Source: Lama guanicoe
Lineage: Eukaryota
Assembly: GCA_013239625.1 (NCBI GenBank)
Contig: MU054187.1
Span: 620,001-684,000, forward strand
Reading direction: 5' to 3'
DNA length: 64,000 nt
Below, in pieces: positions 11,482 through 23,200 of this stretch. The position numbers and the translations under genes were made by a program. Position 1 is the stretch's first letter. Every line of letters begins with the position of its first letter. Below the pieces are notes generated by a model. It made no database searches and had not been told where the DNA came from. It saw only the letters and a list, made by a program, of their open reading frames with translations.

Positions 11482-14145
11482 CGCTGGCTTCGCACCGGAG
11501 CTTTTGGCCGTGCATTTCTGTGTTAACTTGGACGTGCTGGTCACAGACAGCAGAGGTCTCGGGAAGTGCAGAGACAGCAGAAAGGTCCTCCTGGCGAGCC
11601 GACGCCACCTCCTAGGGGAGTGCCTGGCCCCACTCGTCCTTCCGCTCACCCCACGCATCCTGCTCAGAGCCTGCAGGATTTTCCTGCTGTTCTTCAGCCA
11701 CAGAAAAGGAGGCCCAGGCCAGGAGCTGCCCACCTGTCCATGGCGTTTGGAGGAGGCCCTCGCTGCTATTTGCAGAGCAGGGAGGAAGGCCCGCGGCCCT
11801 CGGGGCCCTGAGTCAGCGCCTGGGGCCTGCACTGTGCCAGCCGCCCCGTCTGCCCATCTGCGTGTCCCCCATGTTCTGTGGCCCTGCCTCCCCCCGAGAG
11901 CCGGTCCCCCGCCCCACCCAGCCAGTGTAGCATAACCAGCACCAGTGCGGCTGGGAGCCTGGGTGGAGTACAGGATGGACCTTGTCCTGGAGAGGCAAAG
12001 CTGGCTGGTGAGCCTGTGCATGGTGTCTTGCCCCAATCCGCTCACTGTCCTTCCAGGCTGAGGTCTGCGACTCAGGTCGCGCAGGCGGTCTGGTCTGTGC
12101 CGCGTCGGCCCCTGTTCTCATGGAGCTCCCGTTAGGTTCCAGGTGACAGAGTGTGGGGCAGGGCCTGGAGCAGGGGCTGTGGGCGGGCGGCCCCCTGGAG
12201 TGGGCCCCGCAGCAGAGGTGGCTTTGCAGGAGGTGGGGGAGGGGCAGGCCTGTGTCTCCGGGCAGAGCGTCCTGACAGAGGGAGCTGCCTCGGATGGAGG
12301 CCAGGCTGTCTGTTCAACGCGGTGTCAGGGCCGTGTTCTCAGGCCTGGGGGACCTGTTATCCCCAGGGGGCACCTGCAATGGCCCTGACGTCCCTGTGAG
12401 TAAAGCAGAGGTCTCGGGTTCCTGTGCACTCTGCCCGGCCTCCTGACCCCACTGCTCCCCCGTGCGGACCACTTGTCCCCTGGGTTGGGGGTGACTGTCG
12501 GGGGAGAGGTGAGCCTGGATGGGCCCCCTCAATTCTATGTACTCTGTGTTTTTCCGCGTCTGCCGGGGCACAAACGTGGTGCTGACCCGCGTTACAAAGG
12601 GGCAGCTTTTGGCAGCCACAGGCCAGAGCTTGCAAGGGACCCTCCTTTCCCCCAGCTGGAGATGCCGAGCCGGGACTGTCCTCGCTCCACCTTGCGGTCC
12701 AGGGAGCACACGCCACGCGGCCATTCCTCGCTGCCCCCCGCCGCCCCTCTGGACACTCACCCCCCACTTCTGCTCAGAGGTGAGCACGTTGTAGGTTAGT
12801 GTTTGTCGGTAGAGACTGACTACTTTCCAGCAAGAGATGTGGCCCCTGGAGAATAAAACCCCTTTATTTCAAGATCGTAAGAGAACAGGTCCGTGTGATG
12901 TGGCTCCGGGAACTTAGGACACTGTCCTGAGGACCGGTCGGCCACTGACCTCCCGTGCTACTGTCCACGTGGTTTCCTGGGGGTTCTCGTACCCCTGACG
13001 TGTGTGGATGTGTCAGTGTGGTGGGGCTGGACCCGCTCTGATGCTGAGAACGTGAGAAAAAGTTCTTGGCCAGGTTAATTTCTCAAATCCCTCTTTCCGT
13101 GGCTGAGAACAGCTTTGCTTTAACGAGCGTTCCCTGCTCACACTCTGCTTCTCATCTGGCCCAGCCTCCCGTGAGGCCAGAGCTGTGTCTGTGGATAAGG
13201 CAGCCGTTACCAAGATGGAAATGATTACCATCCCACGGAGGCCAGAGCTGGGGCGGGCGGGCACGCAGGGCCGCGTTGGAGACCGCTGCATCCTCAGCCA
13301 CTTTGCCCCCTCTCCCCAGGCTGCCTTTCCTGAGCAGCTCGGGAAAGCTGCCCTGCCTCCCTTGGTTTTATTTTTACAGCTTGTCAGTTGTGGCCTCAAA
13401 AGTTTGGACAACAGTGTCTGGACCAGCTGTTGTCTGCTGTCTCTGGGGGTCCTGGGATCCCCGGGAATAAGATGAGGCCAGCCTCTCTGGGCCGCCCTTC
13501 ACGCAGGGAACCTGTAGCAGACGCTCTCGATCGCAGGAAGCCTGGCGGGGATGACGGCGCTTTGCCGAGAGCGGGGGTGGCGCCTCACCGTGTGCTTGGA
13601 CGAGCTGGGGGGACAAGGAGGCAGGAAGGGCAGGGGGGGCGTTTCTCTAAGACTGACCTTGGGGGGCGGCCCACAGAGGAAGGCCACTCTGGCTGCCAAA
13701 AACTCAAGCCATTAAACCTTTTAGGAGATATCTGGGCTCAAAAAGTGTAACTTTTTGGTTGATACTCCTTAACAGAAGACAGAAGATGAGGTTTCCACAC
13801 GGCAGGGACAAGCAAAGACAGACTTACCGTCTGAGTGCGAGCTCTTCCCTTCCCTCAACGCTGTGACCGTTGCCCCAGGCGACTGATTGACCCCCTCCCC
13901 CCACCCAATACAAATAATTTTCAGAGAAAGCTGAGAGTAATGCTTTATCTGGCGGCCTTGCTGAGGACTGCAGCCCGGGGGACAGCCTCTCAGCGCCTCT
14001 GAGCACCTGCTCCGAAGAGGTGAGGGGGAGGCAGGGAAAACGGGGCCTCTGCTGCGAAAAAAGTGCCGGCGAACATGGAGAGATTATTGCTAGTCTCAAA
14101 AAACAGACGTCTCGAGCTGATGGTTTCTGTACTTCTCTGTCTGGA

Positions 14146-14215
14146 TTCACTGAGATCGTCCCTCAGACCCACGTCTCGGCTGTCTCAGCGGGGGCTGAGG
14201 GACGATCTCAGTGAA
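14146..14215. repeat. Perfect 21-bp inverted repeat with 28-nt spacer (70-nt hairpin)
   Basis: TTCACTGAGATCGTCCCTCAG (14146-14166) is the exact reverse complement of CTGAGGGACGATCTCAGTGAA (14195-14215). Confidence 0.97.
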
Positions 14216-17200
14216 GCTTGGAGCTCTGCGTCCAAGCGCAGGCTGCCTCTTTTTCTGCACCCTAATTCTGCTCAGGGCCTGCCTTTTGAGACCTGGGCCC
14301 AGACAACATTTCTGGTCCCTGGGATGGCGGGTGACAGCCTTTGTCCCATGGGTAAGGGGAAGTTCACAAGGCTGGCCGATAGGACTTTGGGGGGGGGGCG
14401 TCAGGCAGGGTTTGGCGTGTTTGATGGCTGTCCCGGTGGAAAGTTCTTTAAACCATCTGATGACGGCGGAGGGGAGAGCTGCACTCACGTGAGAATCACT
14501 TTGGAGAAGACAATGTCGAGGCCGAGAAAACTGAAACGCTGTTCGAGGACCTGGCAGACGGTGGCACTTTTCCGTGGGCGCACCTGGGGTCAGGCAGGCT
14601 GGGGTCGGACGCTGCCCCGCTGCGAGTGGGCCTGCTTGAGCCCAGCGGGAGCGGCCTGTGCCTCCCCGCAGAGGACTCAGGGTGAAGGGGCGCCAGGGCA
14701 GAGCTTGGACGACGCAGTGCTGCCCTCTGAGCTGGGGTGTGAGTTATGATCCCAGACGCCGGGTCATTAGCAGTCTCAGCGGAGAGGACTCCTGCTGGCC
14801 CTATTTAAACGTGGCAGGAGGGAAAAGCTGGCGGCGCAGGGTGTCCGGCGTGAGCTCCTTGGCCCTGGAGCTGTTGGGGTGCATTTGCGGAGGGAGCCTG
14901 ATCGCTGCTCTAACTTGTACACGTGGTGTCTTCCTGAATATTTGCTGCAATTGACAAGTGACTTTCATTTCCACTTTGCAGAAACACTCCCTGGGTCAGA
15001 AATCAGTTTTGCTTCTCCATTAACTGCCACATGCCTTGTGGGCGTCTGTGGATAGGAACTGGGTTCAGCGAGGGCGGGTGGGAGCCACCTGGATGTGTTC
15101 GCTGGGTGTCATGTCTGAAGGTCACGAAGCCCTTGGGGACGGGGTCACAAGGACGGCCAGCCCATCCTTCCCGAAGCAGCTTGACAGCCAGATGGCAGTG
15201 ACCGTGGAAAGGGCTCCAGGCAGGAGGCGTGTGGTGCGGGGCCGTCCCAGGTACATGTGCAGCAGCGGCTCGGCGTCCGGTGGGAGCTGGTTCCGCGGGC
15301 GGAGGCTGGAGCTTAGGGTGAGGCGGGCCCTGTTCTGGAGGGGCTGCTGCTGCGGGTGAGTCCAGGCGGGGAAGGTACAGCGTGTGCCTGCCGCCCGCCC
15401 TGGGGTCCCCGGGCCGAGCCTTCCCTGGCCAGACGCAGAGCCTGCCCGCCGTGGTTTCCGCCCCTGTGGGTGGGGGAGGGGCGCCACATCCGCTGGACAC
15501 ACAGTTCAGGGTCCAGAGACGGGAAAGGGCAGAGGGACCAGCCCTGCACAGCGGACGCTCCACTGTGGTGCTGGGGTTTTAGTGCCTCGTTGACTTTACA
15601 TGGTTTGAGGTCCGCCTCCCAGTTAGAAATCACGGGCCTGCATTAGAGCCTCTGTTCCTGGGTCGCGGTGGGGTGAACGGCTGACGAGGGCGCGGCTGGT
15701 GTGGTTCAGAGAGCTCGTCTCTGCCCGTCGCGTCTCCAGAAACACTGCGGGAGCCGCTCCACAGACCAGGCGGGCGGCCTCCCCTGAGAGCACGTGGCCC
15801 CAGGGCCACAGTGACGGCTCTCTGTCCGACCCACAGCTCCTGTCACCTCCCTGCCGGCTGCTCTGCTCGGCAGCTCTCTTTCCCTCCTCCCATCTCCCCG
15901 CCCGCCCTCCAGTCCCGTCCCTGCGGCTCCCACAGCCTGCAGGCAAGTGCAGGGATGGGGGCCCCTCCTCTCACATCACTTGAGCGGGAATCCCAGGCTC
16001 TGGGGGAGGGTGCAGCCGCCTCCAGGCACATCTGTCTGTTCCTGCTTATGCTCGGCTGAACCCGCACAGGACTGAGTCCTTCCAGGTCCTTTTCCCTTCC
16101 TAAAATATATATTTTAAAGCATCTCATCCTTTAAATGAGGGAGGAGAGACAGTAACAGAGCAGAGGCAGCACCAACAGGCCCACGTGCGGGGCGGAGTGT
16201 GGAAGGGGCCAGGCGCTCGGAGAGGCTGCTCCCGGGAGGTGGCTCCTGGAGACACCGGGGTCCCAGCCTGGCGGAGCAAAGGCAGGAGCGGTCCAGGCAA
16301 AGCGGGGCCATCCAGGGGCCTGCGGCAGGGACCAGCTAGTGCTCCGGGGAAGGACACAGGCCTGTGGCCAGGCGGGGAGGCTGGGGCTGCCCAGACCTCG
16401 GGAAACCAGGGCACCGAGTGCTGTCAGGAAACGTGGGCCGACTGCCCGAGTCTGCGACCCGGTGAGGGTTTCAAAGGTCCCTCTGCAGGGTGTGGGGATG
16501 AGGCTGTGGATGGCCGGGGGGCACAGGGGAGCCTTGGAGGGTCAGTGGCCGGGCAGGGTGAGCCCGTGGACGGCAGCAGGGCCGGGGGAGAGGGCGCCCC
16601 GGGACCCGCAGGGAGAGGAAGCGGGGCGGGTCAGTGCCCCAGGTTGTGGGGGAGGGAGCGGAAGGGCTCCAGAAGCCCCCATTGTCTTCACTGAGTGCGC
16701 TGAGTGGGCGGTGGTCCCGCTTCCTGACACAGGAATTCTTGGTGGGGGGGCAGTGGCATCAGGACTGAGGCCGCGTCCGCGCTGACGCTGAAGTTCCCGT
16801 CAGCGCCCTGGCGGACGCACAAGGAGGGCAGGTGGCTGTGGGAGGGGCTCTTGGAAGGCCAGGCTGAGCTCACGCAGGACAGCAGAGCCAGGCCGGACGG
16901 CCCGTCCGTGGAGGCTCCACGCAGAGGGTGTGAGATGCCGGCCCGGGGAGGCTCGCTGAGCCGGGGGAAGCGGGTCTGAACTGCTGCGGGGTCTCCAGGG
17001 AGAACCAGGGCAGCCAGCAGACGACCCTGCACAGACTCATCCTTCCGTTGGGTGCAGCCTGGGCTGCCCGCCCGCGCTGACCCGCTGGTGCGGTGGGGCC
17101 ACCAGTCCAGGCGTTGTGGGGCTGCAGGTGCCTTGGCTCGCCTCCGGGTCGGGGTCCACAGGAAGGACCTGGAGTCTTGCTGGTGAATGGCCTTCAGCCC

Positions 17201-20200
17201 CTCTCCCAGGGGAGTTTCTGGGGGCTCCTGGATCATGCTAAGCAAGGTCAAGTCCACACTTTGTCCTCTGGCGTCTTTGAACAGGGACCCCCGTCCATGT
17301 GGGTTGCACACAGTGTAGCCACAAAGGGACCACCCCCTGCACCGCCTGAGTCTGGAGCCAGCCATTTCTCTGGAGAACCTGGATCCCACGCAGGAGAATG
17401 TGCTCAGGCCTGGGGCCTGGGGCTGCGTGTGCTGTGGCCACTGGGGCCTCTGCTTCCGGCCCCTCGGTGACCTGTGTGCACACGCCTGTGTGTAAATACC
17501 TGTGCACGTGACCAGCAGCTCTGTCCGGGGCAGAGCGGGAGTCCCTAAGGACACGTCCAACTCTCACCACCACCCGGCAAGGTCCAGCCTCCCCGCCTGC
17601 CCGCCTGCAGCCGCCTGCCCCGAGGACCCGGCCCCACCGTCGGTGCTGAGTTACGTAGCTGCTCGAGCCCGGCTGCACCCACCAAGCGTCCACACAAGCC
17701 TCCTGAGCCCACGGGAGCCAGCTCGCCTGCCAGGTGCACACACACGTTTCTTTAACCCCACAGACTTTGTTCATTTCTAACTTTTCTTGAATTAGCACCT
17801 TTTCCCTTCCAGTACCTTCACTGAGTGTTAGAATTTCTAGTTGAGTTTCAGCTCAGAGTATTTGGCTCACACGGATAACTAACTGAGACAAAATTTGAGA
17901 TCCGTTCGTTGCTGCTTAAGGTAATCTGGATGCATTTCAGAGCCTGACAAACTGACGTGAGCTGCTCTGGGCTGCTGCTCAGGGAGTTCATCAAACAGGG
18001 TTGGGGAGAATGAAGCCACATGGCTAGTTTTTTCTTTGATAAAGTCAGCGGTGGGTCAGTGTCTCTGGGCTGAGTGGGTCACCACGTTCCGGGTTTGTGT
18101 CCACACGCGTGCAAGGCACACGGAGTCGTGGCACCCTTGCGACACTGGATCTTTGTTTGAAGGAGCCAACGGGAAGGACTTCCGATTCAGAAAGGAGGAA
18201 ACGCGACCCCCTGCGAGGAGCCTGCAGGGCGAGGCGACATGTCAGAGTCTTCCCATGTTGGAGCATTGTTAGTGTTTCCTGCGTTGGAAGCAGTGTTCCA
18301 GGGAATCCTGTCAACAGTCCTCTTTTCCCGTTTAGATGCGCTAAGTGAGCGTCCCAAAGTCAAGAGTCAGCGGTGGGCTGTTGGTAACTCCCCAGGGAGG
18401 CCAGGCCCGGCCTGGGCGGTGACAACGCTGGTCTGCAGCGCTGTGCCCCGGCATGCATCGTTTACCACGCCGTGGGGCGGCAGTCAGCTCCTTAGGAATT
18501 TTGAAAGTTCATGCAGTGATTCTCTCTGCAAAATGCAAGCCCAGAGAAATACGTTTGTCAAAGGGGCCACCCTCTAAAGAGAGTGTGTTACTGTCTGACG
18601 AGTGGCGAGGGCTCCCCCGTCTGTGGCGAGGGTTTGTACGCCCACTGCAAGAGGGCTGGTCGGTGTGAGGTCCAGGCTCTCTTCTCCCGCGGGCGCCGCC
18701 CTGAGAAAGGTCCACCCAACACCCAAGGGCGGACGCTTGCAGGGTGGTGGGGGCTGGCGGAGCACAGAGCAGTGAAGGACGGTTTTCATTTCAAAACGTC
18801 TGCAATTAGGCAACCATCGCCTTGACGCGGTGGAAGCTCGGTGACGTTAACTGTGGGCCGGTTGCTGACAAGCGTGCCTTTTGAGGACGGGACGGCTGCG
18901 TCGTTCCTGCCATCAGCATCTTGAAAGAAAGCTTCAAAACCACTTGGGTTTAAGGAAGAGCGACGGCCTCTCCAGAGCTGCTGAGTCGCCTCTTTGTCTT
19001 AAGTCGGCATCTTGATAAAGCTGAGCAGGCTTTCCGAGCGTGTCGTGTTTTTATCTTCCGAGCGATTGGGAGTGCTCTGGAGTGCGCCTGCCAGCCCTGC
19101 TCTCGGGGGCTGCACGGAGCTTTGCTCTCGCTTATCTCCCTGGGAAACGTCAGCTGGATTTCTCTGGGCTCTGGGATCCTTCAGTGTCCCCCGGGCACTG
19201 GGCGGGACGTCCAGCTCTGCAGCGTCTGCGGCCCTGCTCTTAATCCCGGGAGGCTGGGGGCGCAGCTCCAAGCGCCGTGGCAGCGTTTACGTGGCTCCGG
19301 GAAGTCCCTGGATTTGGACCTGGAACGACTCCGACAGGGCGTCCCCTGACCTCCTCATTCGTCAGCCCCGAGGTGGGCGCGTGGCAGACGGGCCGGATGC
19401 AGCTCCGACAGCAGGGCTGGCCGGCTCCCACACGAGGTTTCGGGAACATTCCCTGATGGGCAGACAATCACCTTGCTTCTCTGCCCCTCACGGGGAAAGT
19501 TGCCTCACCTTGCTAGGTCTCTGCAGAAGCCCTGGCTTTAGGGAGCGAGTGCTGCTGAATGAGGCGCGGCCAGGGCCCTGGGCACCGCCCGCACAAGAGG
19601 CTTCAGGTGCTGAGGGAAGGCTGGCTGTGGGCTGTTTCAACCTTGATTCCTGCCTGTTTTCTTGTTCTTTTCCAAGCCGGAGTACTTTTGCGTCCTTACT
19701 TGGTTCATGGTAATGATGACACTGTTTACAAAATACGATTTTTGTTTCATAGAATACTTCCATATGGATTATTCATTTAATCCTTACAGTAATTCCGTAA
19801 CGCAGGTAACTTTAATCTTATATTATGGATTAAAAACCAGATTCACAGCGAAGCACAGGCCGGGAGCCCGGGACGTGGCCCGCAGACCTGCGGGGAGGGC
19901 TGGCCCAGCGCTCCGGGTCCGGAGGTGGAGTTGCAGGGGCGCCCCATCCCGGGCTCCTCGGGAGGAGGCTGACGGGATGCGCAGAGCCGTGAGCCCTCTC
20001 GCGCGGGGGCGGCCCTGGCCGCCCTCCTCCACACGTGTCACCGCCATTTAAGAGGACCCGGGAGTGGCCTCCGGGTCCGTGTCCTTCCAGGAAGGGGCTC
20101 CCCTCAACACCCCGACCCCCGTCCTGGGCCCCGAGGTCCCCACCTTCCTTTGGGAGGGGGCCCGTCCGGGACTGTCACACCCCTGGGGTCCTGCGGTGAA

Positions 20201-23200
20201 TAACTCCTGGGACGGATCCCCATGCAGCAGGGCGGGTTTGGGCTCAGGGAGGGTGTAGGACTCCAGGTCCCTCGGAAAGGACCCGGGGGCTCTCTGGGGC
20301 CTGTCCTCCCCTCGCCATGCACGTCCAGCCCTGGCGCAGTGCGGCTGGTGGGCAGGCAGCGTGGACACTCCATGTGGAAATGGTTCCGAACTCCCGTCTG
20401 GACAGAGCCCGCGACTTACTTCCTCGTGGGGGCGGGCCCAGCTTAGCGGCCTCGCGATCGCACTTCCTTTGGGTCCTGGTTTCCAAAGGGATCCCTTCCC
20501 GATGATGTCAGGGAGGACGTCCGCGGGAAGCCGGGGGCACGCGCACGCACACGGCCCACCTGTCTGTCCCAGAGGCTGTGCTGTTTTGAAGCTTGAAATC
20601 CTTGAAGCAAAGCAAAACAAAAACCAACCCCCGCTCCCCATCCCGCCAGAAGAAAAGCCGGGAGCGGTTTTCAGAGTCCTCGCACTGCTGGCACGAGGCC
20701 CCTCCCAGGGTGGACGCAGCCCGCCCGGTGACTTCCGGGCTGCTTCCTCCTCCTGGGCGGGGGTGAGGGCCCGCTGGTCACCTTTCCCGGGACGGTGTGC
20801 TCCATGCAGGTGTGGTCTGCACGAGCTGCTCAGCTCCGTCAGCGGAGGGAGATTACAGCCAGGTCCTGCCAAGGGCTGGCCTGAAGTCCACTTGCAAAGA
20901 CCAGTGACGTCCCCAGAGACCAGAGGGTCATGGCACTGACCTTCCTGAAGCCCAAGAAGAATCGCAGGAAGTGGAGGGAGACGGGCCGCGCTCCTCCAGA
21001 CGCCGTCAGGCCTGTCCGGCCTCCCGAGCAGTGTGGGCAGCTGCGGCCGGCGATGTGGCGGTCCTTATACCAGACAAAAGCAATACGCCTGAAAGCGCAA
21101 GCCGCGTGCTCCCCGGAAGGACAGTCAGAAGTGTGTCGTGCAAACCGAAATGAAGCTTTTTTAAAAAGACACGGATTTGGAAAATTAAATTTCCACATGA
21201 TTTAATTCTGAGTCACTGCCCGTGTGGCGGTCCGCTGTGGCACCGGAGTTCAGGAAGGACTACCTGCTGGAAGTTCTCAGATGCCACGTGTGCCTTCGCT
21301 TGATTTGTGGCGTGAGATGCACTCAAGGCGGAGGAGAGACGGGCTCGAGTTCCCCTTTCTCCCGCCCACCCTCGCCCCCAGCCCCCGGGCCACTAGAAGT
21401 GAGGGTGGGCTCACTGACCGTCTGTCCCTGGCCCTGTCTGTCCTGTCCTCTCCTCCCCTCTGGCCCCAAGCTCGGGGAGGACAGCCCTGGACATCAGCTC
21501 TCCGTGTGGCGCCTGGCTCACAGCTGGGGTCCGTCCGGGAAGGAGGGCTGCGATGGGCGGTGTGGACAAGGGGGAGAATGCCCAGTGGTCCCTGAAGGAA
21601 CAGGTCCAGGTCACGAGGCCAATGAGCAGTGGGGCAGGGAGGCAGGTCCCAGGGCAGGACGGCAGGTGAGGGGACACGTGGGTGGTGTGTCGAGGACCGT
21701 GGACTTTTCCCGAAGGTTCTGGGCACTGTGGGCACAGTTCAGTCTCACAGCGGTGGCTCCCGGGTCAGCGTGGAGCCAGGACACCTGGCGGAGACCGACA
21801 TGGCAGGTGCTGGGCACTGACAAGAGCACGTGGTGCAAAGGGGCAGAAACCGCGGGGAGGAAGGAAGTGGAGGGGCCGCGGGTCGGTGTGTCAGCAGAGG
21901 TGTCCTGCGACGAGGTGACCCGGGCGCAGGCTCGAGAGAGGAGGTAGGTGCCGGCAGTCCACGGGGCTGGGGTCCAGTAGAAGCGCGTCCGAGGTGAGGG
22001 GTCGGGGGAGTTGTGAGTTTCCGGACGCACTCGAGGTGCCTGGGGCAGAGGACTGCGGTGATGCGGGGCAAGTCCGGAGGGGGAGGGACGGGTGTCTGGG
22101 GAGAGAAAGGTGGGGGCCGCCCGGGGTTGGGCTGTGGACCCGAGGACCGCCGAGGCTGCTTCCAGCTCTGGAAGCTGAGGTTTGCTCTTAGACAGAGAAG
22201 CTCCCTGGCAGTTCGAGCCTGGAGCTGAGTGCCAGGAAGGAACCCGTCTGGTTTTGTGCAAGTTACGTCACACTGACCGCGTCCCCGTCCTTTCTAAGAC
22301 GGACATTACAGTGGGATCGACTTGCAGATGCAGTGAGAAAAATGCAGGCCTGGCGCGGGGGAGGACACCCGGTGCGTGGGGAGGCTCCTCGAGCCCTTCA
22401 GATTTCACTGTGAGGGGCTGTTTCCCGGGCGGGGGGCTGAGATGACCCGGTGGGGCGGAGGGGCAGGCTGGGCGGGTCGTGGCCAGGCGCCTGGGGGCCT
22501 GGGCACCTCTTCTGCAGGGATGTGAGAAGAGGGAGGTGGGGTCAGGTGCTGCGCCTCCAGGCCTGCCCTGGCCCCTGCACGCACCCTGTGACGGGAGCGC
22601 GGGGGCTGGATGGGCAGGTGTGTGCACCTGCGGGGGTGTGTGAGGGAGGTGAGGCCCTGAGGACAAGGGGGAGTCACAAAGCCACTGAGTTTCACTTGTA
22701 TCCCGACCCCTCTGCTTCCCTCCGACTCCGGGGAGGTGGTCCATCTGCCTCAGTGGGGTCGTGACCCCTGGGGCGCCCCCGTCGGGCGGGTGGCCTGGGG
22801 CCACGCGTCAACACGGGTGTTCACGGTGGGGTTGGCCGTCCCTCATTCTCCCTCCGTCAGAGCTGGCGTGTCCGCCACATGTGTGATTCAGAAAGCAAAA
22901 CCCTTGCTCTGTAAACAGCCTGACGTGGGCACGTTTACACAAAGGCTCCGCACAGAGGCTCTGCTCTTGCGCTTCAGCTGCTTTTCTTCCGTCGTGGGCT
23001 CGTGTGCTGCTGCGTCCGCTGCCACGTTTAGAAAGTGCTTGCATGTTGGCGATACCCTTGCGATAGCCGGGGCGCCTTGAGACGGTCCTCTTCCAAGTGT
23101 TAGTAGGGGGCGGTGGCTGCTTCTCAGGGTGCCTGCAAGGAGGGAGGCCACGGGAGCTGCAGCCCCCAGGACGCCCCACAGCCAACCCTGCCGGTCCCTT

